From IMG/VR virus record IMGVR_UViG_3300048609_000068, positions 11,412 to 75,411 of that record: DNA of 64,000 nt; one strand, written 5' to 3'. Origin of the DNA: a virus (lineage: Duplodnaviria; Caudoviricetes). Numbering within the stretch: position 1 is the first letter of the stretch; each line of letters opens with the position of its first letter. Of this stretch, positions 37,921 through 49,000 are shown one piece after another. The notes beneath the pieces are model-generated. The model worked only from the letters and a program-made list of their open reading frames with translations, ran no database searches and had not been told where the DNA came from. Both the position numbers and the translations under genes were made by a program.

Positions 37921-38637
37921 ATGTCTAAAACTCCAAAGTTTGTAACGAACTCACTGAAGGCTCTTTTTGTTCCAACTTCTAATGTGGATCGGCTTACCTT
38001 TACAACCTACGTTGGGAGCGACATTGCTGCTTCTTCTGGATCTCAGGATGTTCGACCGAAGAATAAAGTTGTCCTACAGATTAATCCGCAAGAGCTTCAG
38101 TATGAAAAAAATAAAATTGCGCAGAAAATTCAAACGAGCACTCCTGGAAGGTTCGTTGTCTACGATTGGGGAACAGACATATTGATGCTTTCTATTCGTG
38201 GAAGCACAGGAAATCTTATTCCAGAATCCATCCGTCGGGGTGAGGCAGCTTTGACGGATTTTACTGACTCCATTGGTAAGGAAATTGGTGGAGAGCTTGG
38301 TGGTGCTTTGAAAAAAGCGGATAATTTTGTTAGAGATAACATTATTGGATCTACGTCTTACTCTGATCTTATTGCGATGTCTCCAAGATTTCATGCGTTT
38401 ATGGAGCTGCATACTCTTTATGAAAATTTTGACGCTGATCAAGACATTCTAATTTTGGAACTTTCTGACCATGCCTACCGTGGTTTTTTCCAGAATTTTA
38501 GTTTTACGCATTCTGCGGAGAGCCCATGGAATTGGAAATATGAAATCGTTTTTGCAAGTTTGTATGACTTTGGAAATTATAAGTCTCGTGGTGATCCGCA
38601 GATTCCAAACAAGCCGAACGTTGATAAGACGCAGTAG
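37921..38637 (+). CDS. Baseplate tail-tube initiator
   Basis: LQINPQEL.Y...; YDWG......I.G.TG; YRGFFQNFSFTHSAESPWNWKYEIVF; follows TMP. Confidence 0.7.
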   Translation: MSKTPKFVTNSLKALFVPTSNVDRLTFTTYVGSDIAASSGSQDVRPKNKVVLQINPQELQYEKNKIAQKIQTSTPGRFVVYDWGTDILMLSIRGSTGNLIPESIRRGEAALTDFTDSIGKEIGGELGGALKKADNFVRDNIIGSTSYSDLIAMSPRFHAFMELHTLYENFDADQDILILELSDHAYRGFFQNFSFTHSAESPWNWKYEIVFASLYDFGNYKSRGDPQIPNKPNVDKTQ

Positions 38638-38645
38638 GGACTATC

Positions 38646-40847
38646 ATGGATGTTCTTGTACAGAAGCTTCGGCAAAAATACTATGATCAATATATTGCTT
38701 GTGGTCAGAGCAAGCAATATAAAGGTTATTTTAATTCGGTAAAGGCAATCCCAGTAAATAATGCCAAGATTTATTACGCTGTACCCGATGCTTGTTTTCG
38801 TCCAGAAATATACGTAACAATCGACTTTACGTATAAGTTCGTTTTGGATATGACGACTTCAACTTCTTCGGCGGCATCTGCTTATACACCTCTTGTTGAT
38901 CCAGTGATTCTTAATTACTTCTATGTTCAAATTCGTGATTTTGCTTCTTACTATTTTAAGTACTATGCGGCGATAAGATCGCAGGAAGAAAATAAACAGA
39001 TTCCAGCGTATGATATTAGGAAAGCTGAAGTTGAAACCACTGCTGATAAAAGTTTGTTTATCAATAGTTTTCTGAACTACTTTTTTACCGATGTGTCCGT
39101 TACTCGAAGCAGAAAAAATATTGGAGAGGCTACTATTACTATTCGGGATACTACTTTGAAGTATCCTTCTCTTCAATACAGGCGGTTTACATTATTTACA
39201 AGCACGTTGCAATCTACATTTAACCAACTATTCATGCCGATGCTTCCAGTCATGATTTGGGCACGCGGAAGGTACTATAAGGACTTCTATTTTCCTATTT
39301 TTACTGGTTATATTGTTAGGACTGTAGCGCAAAATACAGAAGGATTCTTTTCTGTTGTTATAAGCTGTAATGATATCCTTGAACTTGCTAGTGGAACATA
39401 CACAATTGTCAATCCTTCGATCGATCAAGAACAGTATTTTGAAAAAACAAATAATTTGAATGTATATTCTCAACCATTTTATGGGATGGAACATCTGGAT
39501 ATGTTTGATCGTTTGATTCATGGGGGGCACCTGCGTTACAATCCTGATGGTAGCATAGCGACCGTAGAAGATCCTGGCGTTGTTGACGGATCGAGCGAGG
39601 ATAGCAAATCGAGTCAGCCATTTTATAATGCTCTTGTTGACTTTTCTCGTTCTCGGGAGGGTTCGTTTTATTCTCCTAATACGATTTATGAGGAACGAGG
39701 TATACATAAAGATTCCTTCAATTTGGCTGCCGCTCTAAATTGGACATCTTCTGCTCGTAGACGCTTTACCGTTGCTTGGGGTTATCGTATGAACCCCTAT
39801 CGTGTTTTTGGTTCTAAGACTCCTAATCAGTTTACGGCAGATATAAATTCTCGCTATGAAATTCTTAGGAATACCGCAGACATTGTTTTTTTTGAGCTTT
39901 ATGTTGATGCATGGGGAAATATACAATACCATCCCATGCGTCTTTCAAATAAATTTCTGGAATTTGACATGGTATCTGATGTATCCAAGCCGGAAAGTTT
40001 TCATCAGCATACGTTTCCTTGGGTACAAGTAATCGGTCCAGAAGAATTGATTAGTAGCTCTAAAACTTTTGATATTCAATCGGTAGCAACGATCATGACA
40101 TTTAATGGATCGTTAGGGTATGACGGCGCCCCAAGTGAAATTGACCCTGGAAAATATCAAGATCCTGTACTGAGAAGGAAATTTGGGAATCGGTATGTAG
40201 CTTATAAAAATCCTTTATTCGCGCAGAATCCAAATATTGGGGAACGTAAATTATTTGATGCTGTGGCAGAAGCTTATTTACGTTTTTACAATGCTAAATT
40301 GTATACAGCCGAATTTAGCATTATCTTCCGGCCAGAGATAGAAATGGCACTTCCAGTATATTTATATCCAGATGGAGAAATATTCTACGTTGATGCAATC
40401 ACGCATAGTATTTCTATTGGGTCAAATGCGACGACGCTTATTTCTGGAAGTTTCGGGCGTCAAGATAATGAGCCTGTTCCGGAATTTCTTAGCTATCTTA
40501 TCGATTCTGGAAAGGCAACCCAAGTAAGTGGGTATTCCTACGAGCAAGTTGGAACAGAAGAAGCACCTGGAACTGTTGGACCCGCTATTCGAAGAGATGA
40601 CTTGACTCAATCTTTAGATGAAGTTCTTGGCATAGAGGTTAGCAAGGAAATCGATGCTGCTAGAGAGAAAGTAATACTAAGAGACAAAGAAATAAGTCAA
40701 GCTATCATAGATGGTCACGCCGCTACGGATAACAGAGCTTTTTCTAGATTGAACGTGGGTCCAGGAAACACCGTAAACCGAGAAGAGGCTGCAAAAGCGG
40801 AAGCAATATACCGGTTGTCATTAAAAGCTATTCCACCAGAGGATTAA
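38646..40847 (+). CDS. Baseplate hub protein (gp27/gpD-like)
   Basis: IFTGYIVRTV...VVISCND; FELYVDAWGNIQYHP; RPEIEMALPVY...FYVDAITHSISIG...TTLI. Confidence 0.75.
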   Translation: MDVLVQKLRQKYYDQYIACGQSKQYKGYFNSVKAIPVNNAKIYYAVPDACFRPEIYVTIDFTYKFVLDMTTSTSSAASAYTPLVDPVILNYFYVQIRDFASYYFKYYAAIRSQEENKQIPAYDIRKAEVETTADKSLFINSFLNYFFTDVSVTRSRKNIGEATITIRDTTLKYPSLQYRRFTLFTSTLQSTFNQLFMPMLPVMIWARGRYYKDFYFPIFTGYIVRTVAQNTEGFFSVVISCNDILELASGTYTIVNPSIDQEQYFEKTNNLNVYSQPFYGMEHLDMFDRLIHGGHLRYNPDGSIATVEDPGVVDGSSEDSKSSQPFYNALVDFSRSREGSFYSPNTIYEERGIHKDSFNLAAALNWTSSARRRFTVAWGYRMNPYRVFGSKTPNQFTADINSRYEILRNTADIVFFELYVDAWGNIQYHPMRLSNKFLEFDMVSDVSKPESFHQHTFPWVQVIGPEELISSSKTFDIQSVATIMTFNGSLGYDGAPSEIDPGKYQDPVLRRKFGNRYVAYKNPLFAQNPNIGERKLFDAVAEAYLRFYNAKLYTAEFSIIFRPEIEMALPVYLYPDGEIFYVDAITHSISIGSNATTLISGSFGRQDNEPVPEFLSYLIDSGKATQVSGYSYEQVGTEEAPGTVGPAIRRDDLTQSLDEVLGIEVSKEIDAAREKVILRDKEISQAIIDGHAATDNRAFSRLNVGPGNTVNREEAAKAEAIYRLSLKAIPPED

Positions 40848-40854
40848 TATTTTA

Positions 40855-41844
40855 ATGCTTTCTACTGCAAAAAATAAAGAAATATCGATTGGCCCCGCTA
40901 AGGTGATGGCAGCATATCCGGATGAGAGAATTGTATCTATTAAATGGCTAAATAGACCTACGGATAGACACAACGTGATGGTAGTTACTGACCCTAATAG
41001 CTATTCATTTCCTCAAGTTGGCGATTGTGGCCTTGTAATTAGTGTAGATAATTATGACTATTTTATTGGTAAATTGGAATATCGGTATGCAGATAAGATA
41101 AATGGTACTAGCGAAGGTCGTACTAAAGATGCTTCTGGACAAGATATTTATGCTAAAAAAGTGCAACCTGGTGATGTTTTCTTAGCTCCACTTCTTCGGG
41201 CGACAAGTTTATTTTTATCAAAGACTGGGGGGATGAGTCTTTCGGCGAAGAGTGGTGATGGCCTAGTTTATTACGCTTACAATCGTCTTGCAAAATTAAA
41301 GGCAAAAGCAACGATTATTCTTGGTCAGGGCGTCACGGCGGCATTTGGGAAAGTGATGCGGGATCTTGGAGCAGGATTGCAAGTAATTCCTAATGTTGAT
41401 TTACCTACGACTCCATCCGTGGAAAGCTTGATTGATGTAACTATTAATACTTTTCGTATGGCACGTTTACATTTAGGGCATGTTTTGAATTCCGTTGGAG
41501 TTCCCGAACTTGGATCTATTATTCCAACAGCGAGACTTCGTGCTATCTTGGAGGTATGTACAGCCAGTGTACCGATCGCTGTTTTGAAGATGGATGAACT
41601 GGGACATATTGAGCTATCTTCCACGATTGGTAAGATTATGATTGATTCGACCGCGCCTGTACCGTTGGATAGTATTCTTCTTGGTGGGTCTCTATTAACA
41701 TTGACACAGCATGCTGTATGGGGAGAATTACTTATAGATTGGTTGAATAATCATACGCACCCTACAAGTATGGGTCCGACATCCACGCCAACTATCCCCG
41801 CTCTTCCAGCTACTTTATTGAGTAAGAAAGTTCTTGTCGGTTGA
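40855..41844 (+). CDS. Baseplate central spike (gpV/gp5-like)
   Basis: N-terminal OB-fold (YSFPQVGDCGLV); C-terminal metal-binding HxH motif (WLNNHTHPTSMGPTSTP). Confidence 0.75.
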   Translation: MLSTAKNKEISIGPAKVMAAYPDERIVSIKWLNRPTDRHNVMVVTDPNSYSFPQVGDCGLVISVDNYDYFIGKLEYRYADKINGTSEGRTKDASGQDIYAKKVQPGDVFLAPLLRATSLFLSKTGGMSLSAKSGDGLVYYAYNRLAKLKAKATIILGQGVTAAFGKVMRDLGAGLQVIPNVDLPTTPSVESLIDVTINTFRMARLHLGHVLNSVGVPELGSIIPTARLRAILEVCTASVPIAVLKMDELGHIELSSTIGKIMIDSTAPVPLDSILLGGSLLTLTQHAVWGELLIDWLNNHTHPTSMGPTSTPTIPALPATLLSKKVLVG

Positions 41845-41845
41845 C

Positions 41846-42418
41846 ATGGCACTCTCCCAAGCAATTTTGAAAGCGGAATTTCTGAAGTTGTTTGACCCAG
41901 CGGTTGCTGTTTACCCAGCAACGGTTGTAGACGCGATAACGAACTGGTCGAACGCATATAATACCTATGCGTTGAATGCAGTTGACGTTAGCGGTGATCC
42001 GGTTGTCACTGTAAACTTGGCTGGTTTTACAGCGGCATTGACTGCAAGTATTCTACCTTGCCCTCCTGGAACGGATATAACAACATGCGCAAATGCATTT
42101 GATTCCGCTTTTGTTGCGTACTGGACGTTAGCGGCATTTTCTATCGGAAGTCTCCCACCTGGAATATACCCATGTCTTAATGTTGGGGGAACATTAACAT
42201 TTGGTATCGAGACCACAAGTATTGTTTCTGTAGTTACTCCCGGTGTTTTGTCGGCATTGCTATTGACGGAATTTGCTAATTTGAGTTCAGACTACGACGC
42301 AAAAGCAGACGATTTAGCTCAAGCGTTCCACGACGCTACCACTTCTGCTGTTCTTGTGACAATTGTTGGTGAAGATACAATTGGAGGTCCAATTACGAAT
42401 ACTTGCACGATTTTCTAA
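41846..42418 (+). CDS. Hypothetical baseplate-associated protein
   Basis: ATG 41846 right after the spike stop; Ala/Thr-rich. Confidence 0.55.
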   Translation: MALSQAILKAEFLKLFDPAVAVYPATVVDAITNWSNAYNTYALNAVDVSGDPVVTVNLAGFTAALTASILPCPPGTDITTCANAFDSAFVAYWTLAAFSIGSLPPGIYPCLNVGGTLTFGIETTSIVSVVTPGVLSALLLTEFANLSSDYDAKADDLAQAFHDATTSAVLVTIVGEDTIGGPITNTCTIF

Positions 42419-43335
42419 TAATTTATTTTATTTAGAATCATAATGATTTTACTTTGTGTTTGTTCTTTGATAGGAATTTGAAATCCAGCGGCATCTTTTT
42501 TCCAACCTCCTCCACCATTGACAGCTTGAGCAATTGTTCTGACGTCCGTTCCATTCTTTCGTGATCGGAGAGAACATCGATTGTGCTGTGGATTGACAAC
42601 AACAATATAATCAATGTCACCATATTCTGGATCGTCTAATATTTTTTTTGCTACTTCCGATGCATACTCCTTTACGAATACGACTCTGAACTTATTATTT
42701 AGTCCATCGACATAGACGTCGCATTCTTGTTTATGTTCTTTGAACACTTCGTCTACGTAAATATTTTTTCTTTGCTCGATGTACTTTATAAGAGTGGCGA
42801 ATGGTTCTACCGAATCCGCATCTTGTTTTTCTGAAAAGGTTGCAATGAATTCTTCTCTTCCAATAAAGCTTAACAAAGAATTGATTCTTTCGGCACGTTT
42901 TCTATGCACGGATTCTGTGATCCATAGATCCCAGCTATTGATGGTCTGAGCGAACTGTTCCGTGCTGCTCGTAAAGTGCTTGCAGTCTTTTAGAGTTTCA
43001 TAAAGAAGCATTGTAGCGCATTTATCATTCTCGTTTTTGGTCCATGGGTATTTTGTTGCGTAGTTCCTATTTTGATGATGATCCAAAAGAAGGATTTCAA
43101 TGTCCTTATTGTACGAATTGATTTCTGCACAGGCAGTATCGGAAGGAGTAATGTCTGTTATGAGTAGTAAATCCTGTTGAGAATATTCTTTTTCTTTGAT
43201 GAAACGGAGGACGGCATCATCGATGGTAGCGTATTCATGGTATTCTACTTTATTCAAAAGCAGCTTTGCAGCTTTGGCGAGTACCACGGTTCCAATCGAA
43301 TCGAGACCATGATGCGTAAACAGATAGACGGACAT
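42415..43335 (-). CDS. DHH/DHHA1-family phosphoesterase (NrnA/NrnB-like) with atypical motifs
   Basis: GGAGG SD then ATG 43335; LFTHHGLDSIG, LLITDI, LLDHH, and SLRSRK..DVRTIA...GGGGWKKDAAG. Confidence 0.8.
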   Translation of the reverse strand: MSVYLFTHHGLDSIGTVVLAKAAKLLLNKVEYHEYATIDDAVLRFIKEKEYSQQDLLLITDITPSDTACAEINSYNKDIEILLLDHHQNRNYATKYPWTKNENDKCATMLLYETLKDCKHFTSSTEQFAQTINSWDLWITESVHRKRAERINSLLSFIGREEFIATFSEKQDADSVEPFATLIKYIEQRKNIYVDEVFKEHKQECDVYVDGLNNKFRVVFVKEYASEVAKKILDDPEYGDIDYIVVVNPQHNRCSLRSRKNGTDVRTIAQAVNGGGGWKKDAAGFQIPIKEQTQSKIIMILNKINY

Positions 43336-43426
43336 AGACCCTCCGAGTTTAGGTGTACTTGGTGTATTATACTGTCTTGGCATCACCACTTAATTTTATT
43401 TTTTCTTCGTGTGTAGAATATTACAT

Positions 43427-43915
43427 ATGGGAAGTAAGATAGTAAGTAAAGAATGTTTATGCGCTATCTTGACGATTGCACAAGGTGTTTCTGGAACAAA
43501 ATTCAAAGATCTGTTTATGCCTTTTCTGGATGGGATTATCGGGATATTGCAGATCATTCGATCTACGTATATATTAGAGTACCCAGAAATTATTGCTGAT
43601 AGGATTGAGGTTATGGTTCTTCAGGCTTCACTGGATTATATGAAGAGTATTACAGACCCGGTAAAATCTTATCTTTCTAACTTGGAACGATTTTTTGCGT
43701 CGAATTCGGATTGTCCACCAATGGCAACAGTTTCAGTTGGAACAAAATGGGTGACGGATCATTCTTTAGGTTTTACAGATCAACTTGAAGACGAGATTCA
43801 ACAGGCAATATTATTTATGGATGAAGCAGATGTGAATACAGCGTATATCGATCGAATGATCTCTGTCTTTGAGGAAGTAAAGAAAACAGTACAGGAAGTC
43901 TGCGGAGGGATTTAA
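43427..43915 (+). CDS. Hypothetical helical protein
   Basis: TAGAAT at 43414-19 lies 7 nt before ATG 43427 with no SD (possibly leaderless); TAATG-coupled to the next gene. Confidence 0.55.
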   Translation: MGSKIVSKECLCAILTIAQGVSGTKFKDLFMPFLDGIIGILQIIRSTYILEYPEIIADRIEVMVLQASLDYMKSITDPVKSYLSNLERFFASNSDCPPMATVSVGTKWVTDHSLGFTDQLEDEIQQAILFMDEADVNTAYIDRMISVFEEVKKTVQEVCGGI

Positions 43916-44634
43916 TGGCAGTTGTTTACAATAATGATTTTAAGATCAAAGTAATTCAGAATGGGAGTACAAAGGCTACACTTGCGCTCAATGTCAATGG
44001 TGATTTGCAGCTTGTTACTGGCCAGGATAAACTTCATGGGGAGATCATTAGAAGTGTAATAAATGACAATGCGAAATTTATGAATGTGAGTACCACATCA
44101 GATAGAGAAGTACGCGCTCTTTTATTTACGATTCTTAAACGTTTTAAGAATTCTCAAATAGATGAAATAAACAGCGTAAACGAAACTATTATTGGATATC
44201 ATATTTATAGAAAACTGTCGGGTACTACTGACAACTATGTTAAAATTACGACAGTTCCTATCATCTGGTCCTATACAGACTCTTCTGTTACTAACGGGAT
44301 AAGTTATGAATACCAGACAAAGCAAGTATCTTCTGGAAATTTGGAATACGATTTTTCAGAGCATTTCATTGTGACTCCGACTTCAAATATAGAAAATAAG
44401 AAATATGCTATTGGAACGAACGCTGTTGTATATAATGGCTCTAACAGCGTTAACTTCTATTTTGAATCAGTAAAAAATTTTAAAGGCTCTGAATTAATAG
44501 ACAATATCACTGATATTTTTGCTTCTCCAAATGAAACAGATCCTAGAAGGTACGTTGTTCAAATAATTCTTGTTGATGGCGTTGGTAATGAAGTTAGTGT
44601 GGCAACCCAGGGGTTTGGCTTGAACATTGGTTAG
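43915..44634 (+). CDS. Baseplate wedge protein gp25/gpW-like with an inserted Fn3-type domain
   Basis: NGDLQLVTGQDKL..EII and ELIDNITDI...DPRRYVVQI flank GYHIYRK...YTDSSVTNGISYEYQ; directly upstream of gpJ. Confidence 0.6.
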   Translation: MAVVYNNDFKIKVIQNGSTKATLALNVNGDLQLVTGQDKLHGEIIRSVINDNAKFMNVSTTSDREVRALLFTILKRFKNSQIDEINSVNETIIGYHIYRKLSGTTDNYVKITTVPIIWSYTDSSVTNGISYEYQTKQVSSGNLEYDFSEHFIVTPTSNIENKKYAIGTNAVVYNGSNSVNFYFESVKNFKGSELIDNITDIFASPNETDPRRYVVQIILVDGVGNEVSVATQGFGLNIG

Positions 44635-44645
44635 GAGTTTTTACG

Positions 44646-46061
44646 ATGGTAAGCACTAAAGGTTTAGAAACTATTCTTATTGAACTTAGGACATTCTTGA
44701 GAGCTTATAACAGGAGTCTTTCTACAGGAGATAACAGTTTCATAAAAGATCTTCTTCTTACTCCGTATTCTGTTGGAGCTCAAGCTATTCTCGATCAAGT
44801 GTCTATCGCAAAAGATCTCCATTTGCTTTCTCAAGTGGTTGGTTCTGACCTAGATAATGAAGGAACAAACTACAAGAAAGAAAGATTGGCTGGGAAGTAT
44901 GCGTATACTACATTATATTTTTATACAAGTGTCGCGCCTGTGGCTGACGTTGTAATTCCTATTAGCACACAGGCAAAAACATCAGAGACCCCAATGATCT
45001 CTCCTGTCAGTTTCTCAACGATTGCAAACGCGACGTTTGCTTTTTCAAGCGCGGCAAGCTACTTTTCTTATGATCGGAATCGGTATGAATTTCCTGTTTT
45101 AGCCATATGCGACTTGATTGGTACGCAAGGAAACATTGGAAACGGATATATTAATAAGATTGTTAGTTCTGTTCCTGGGGTCCAAGGCGTCACTAACTTG
45201 TATGCAGCAACTGGGGGTCAAGATGAAGAAAGCGATGATGACTTCCGTGAACGAATCCGTCTTGCGACAACTGGCAGAGATCTCAACGTCATTAACGGTC
45301 TTCGTGGCTACATTCGCGGTTACAACTTTACAGATGCCTACCCTGTCCGTGTAGAAGATTCAGACGCTGAACGCTATGATGGGATTGACGTGTTTGTTAT
45401 CTCTCCTCAGTATACGTCTGTCACGGAGACATTTACTTATTATGCGGCAACGCCACATTACAATCTTGCAAACCGTCCGGTGAATGCCGTGACTTCTGTG
45501 GTTGGAAGCACCATGGGAGTTACTTCCGAATACGATGCTTATATTGATAACACGAATCAGTACCGAAGAAGCATCTATGCAGATGATTACCTTGAAATCC
45601 GTGCAGCAGCTCTCTGGCCTGAAGGAGAGACTTTTACGGTTACGTATAGTTATTCTGAAAGCATCGTCAACATGCAATCTGAAATCGATCAGGATGACAA
45701 CAAAATCCTGACCGCGAATGTTGTTGTCAAACGTGCTTATCCGTTGAGTCTCATGATGACGGCAACGCTTACATTGATGGCAAACGCAGACGGTCCTGCA
45801 ACAAGAAGTAAAGTAAGGAATGCGCTTGCACAATTCCTTTCTGAATACAGAATGGGACTAAACATTCAAAAGAGCGATCTCATTGTGGTGATGCAAACTG
45901 GCTATGGAGATTATCCAGTAAACACTGTAGATGCTGTCATTCTAAATAGTGCGGACTATTGGCTTGTTGACGAATTTGGAACAACGTATCTACCTGTCAG
46001 TGAGACCATCGAAGTATCCAACAAGCAGTATGTTGTGTACGGAACCATCAACATTCTCTAG
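44646..46061 (+). CDS. Baseplate J-like wedge protein
   Basis: GNIGNGYINKIVSSVPGVQGVTN..AATGGQDEESDDDFRERI signature. Confidence 0.9.
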   Translation: MVSTKGLETILIELRTFLRAYNRSLSTGDNSFIKDLLLTPYSVGAQAILDQVSIAKDLHLLSQVVGSDLDNEGTNYKKERLAGKYAYTTLYFYTSVAPVADVVIPISTQAKTSETPMISPVSFSTIANATFAFSSAASYFSYDRNRYEFPVLAICDLIGTQGNIGNGYINKIVSSVPGVQGVTNLYAATGGQDEESDDDFRERIRLATTGRDLNVINGLRGYIRGYNFTDAYPVRVEDSDAERYDGIDVFVISPQYTSVTETFTYYAATPHYNLANRPVNAVTSVVGSTMGVTSEYDAYIDNTNQYRRSIYADDYLEIRAAALWPEGETFTVTYSYSESIVNMQSEIDQDDNKILTANVVVKRAYPLSLMMTATLTLMANADGPATRSKVRNALAQFLSEYRMGLNIQKSDLIVVMQTGYGDYPVNTVDAVILNSADYWLVDEFGTTYLPVSETIEVSNKQYVVYGTINIL

Positions 46062-46072
46062 GAGACCCTCCT

Positions 46073-49000
46073 GTGCGTGTTCTTTGGGTATCTCCTGTTG
46101 GAAATGACTCCACGGCTACTGGGTCTAGAGAGCTTCCATTCCTGACAATTGAAGCTGCAATGGCTGTCTTTGTGTCTGGAGACCAGATCCGACTGGAAAC
46201 AGGGACATACACTCCTGCTGATTCTCTGATATTTTCTTCTTTAGATGGATCGATTGTATCGGACACCCCTGGAAGCGCTACGATTCAACCCGTGCAGACT
46301 ACGAATGCAGCTACCATTCTTATTTCTGATTGCGAGAGATTTACTGTCAGAGGCTTGTGCATTGTTCAGGCATCGACGCCATCGAATAACTCTATGGGGA
46401 TCCAAGCTATCTCCGTGGATCACTTTATTTGTGACTCCTGCATCATCCGAGATTTCTTGGTTACGAACACCGATTCCTATGGAATATACGTGTCGGACAG
46501 TTATGGAATAGTGATTAGATGCCACGTAGAAAACATTACGAACACCTACGGAAATATTTATGGTGTAGTAGCGTATACGCTAGACATTGTTGATTGCCAT
46601 ACCTATGATCTTAACGGAACTCTTGCCGTGGTTGGGATCTATGCTGGGAAATTGTGGTATCTGCAAGATCTAATCGCATACTACAAATTTGAATTGAATG
46701 CGAATGATTCTTCAGATAATGATTACCATGGCACACTAGAGAGCTCCAACATTCCTTGGGATTATAATGATGATACACACTCAACGGGGTATGCTGTATG
46801 GGACAGTAACAGAAATGTTGTTTTGATGCTCAATGTTAATGAAACGCTGGAATGGGACGGTGTAAACTGGAAGGATCGATCGCATCCGTCACAATCGATT
46901 CTTCCTTTAGGTGTATCCTGGTCCCGATGGACTGGTTTTGGACTGGCATTTGATCGTTCGAGAAACGTTGCAGTGACCTTTGGTGGCATTATAAGCGATC
47001 CTGGATTTGCGTATTTAGATTCTACGTTTGAGTGGAGTAGCGCTAACAGAGCGTGGGTAGAGGTATTTCCCGCGCATAAACCTTCCGCGAGAAGATCGCA
47101 TGCCCTTGGTTACGATGAGACGCGCCATGAGATTGTCCTGTTTGGCGGATATACAGGGGCTCCTAACGATGAAACCTGGGTATGGGATGGCGTTGATTGG
47201 ACTCAAAGATTCCCTGCAAGCAAGCCAAGTGCTCGGGGAAAGGCTTCGTTTGCATGGGATAGCGATCGTGAAAAGTTGTTTCTCTTTGGGGGTTGGAACG
47301 AAGTAACCAGATACCAAGACTGCTGGGAGTGGGATGGAACGAACTGGACTGACGTTACGCCAGGTGGATTAAAACCAGAAATAAGACATTCTGGAGAGAT
47401 GGTGTATGACCGAGTAAATAATTGTATGATCTTGTTTGGTGGGTATGCTATAGTTGGTGTTTCACTTATACATATGTGCGATACTTGGAAGTGGGAATGG
47501 ACCGGCGGTGTTCCTTCTTGGACTGAGCTTACCCCTACTTCCACTCCTGGAAATGATGTTGGTGGAATAGCCTATGATGAAGTACGGCACCAGATAGTTC
47601 TTTGCAGAACTTGGCTCTGGAATGGAACAAACTGGAAAGGTGACTGCCCACTAAATATAACCTATCCTGCAGCTGCTTATGATTCACGAAGGAAAATAGT
47701 TGTTCAATTTGGAGGAGGGATTTTATTCGGAGTTGTCAAGGTTACCAGTCAAAACACATTTGAATGGGACGGATGCAAGTGGTCAGATAAAACTTTGGAT
47801 TCTGGGAATCCTCCGGCAAGGTATTATTCCAAGATGTGCTATGACGTTCTTAGGAATAGAACAGTTTTGTTTGGTGGCTTTGACGGAGATGTTACTAATT
47901 TTCAAGATACATGGGAATGGAATGGAATTACCTGGACGGAACGGTTTCCTATGGATAAACCGTCTGTCCGTAGAGATTTTGCAATGGCTTATGACAGTGT
48001 GAGGAACCGTACCGTCTTATTCGGTGGGTGGAACGGCGTACTAAATTATCAGGACACGTGGGAATGGGATGGAACTAACTGGACGGAAATATTGCCTGTT
48101 GCTAAACCTTCTGCACGGTACGGGTGTACCGCAACGTTTGATAGCGTCCGGAATCGTGTTGTTCTCTTTGGAGGATACGACGTTGATTATTTACAGGACA
48201 CTTGGGAATGGAATGGAGTTAACTGGGTGGATGTAACGCCTGGTGGATTGAAACCAGATGCACGGTTCGGTGCTAATTTCGCCTATGATTCGTATAGAAA
48301 TAAAATTATTATGTCTTATGGAGAAAATGCTGTTTGGGGATCATTTGCCGATACTTGGGAATGGGACGGTGGTACAGCGACTTGGACTCAAAGAATTCCA
48401 ATGGGTATCAGCGAGCCAAGTTCCTCTAAAACGGTTGGACATATGGTTTATGATTCCGAGCATCGTTGCATGGTTGTTTACTCGTGGCCTGACGTTGCTC
48501 CAACAGCATCTTTTGGTCTATACTCTAGCGGCAAAATTGGAAGAGGGCTTGTATGTGACGGCTACTATGATAATGTTCCGAATGCCATTGGGTATCGTCA
48601 AGCAGTTATTTTACCGGATGATATTAATAATGATATTTTAGCTTACAAGGCGTTATCCATTTCCTGTTTTGTAAAAATTCGTTTATATGATTCTCCACCT
48701 ACAGAAAAACAAATGTTTGTTTCGCGATTACTCGACATCGGTGGAGTTTATACGGGATCTTTTGGGTTTGGAACGTTTACTGACCATGAGAAATTGGAAG
48801 CCAAGGTTATTTTTAGCGGTGGGATAGCAACGGCGAAATCGTCGTTTCGATTGGTGTCTGACACATGGTATCATGTTGGAATGACTGTTTCTGAAAGCGA
48901 CAGCATCATAAGGTTATATATCAATGGAAAACTCGACACAGTTGGTGTTGCATCGAGTGGGACTTTTATTGATACTGAAGCAGGAGCAAAAATGTTGATT

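Noticed and set aside
42415-43400. Invertible segment around the antisense DHH gene
   Set aside because: Flanks are only generically AT-rich; no convincing inverted repeats and no invertase were found.
32889-46061. Tailocin, eCIS or T6SS cluster
   Set aside because: A complete head module is linked, and no eCIS ATPase or T6SS membrane-complex genes are present.
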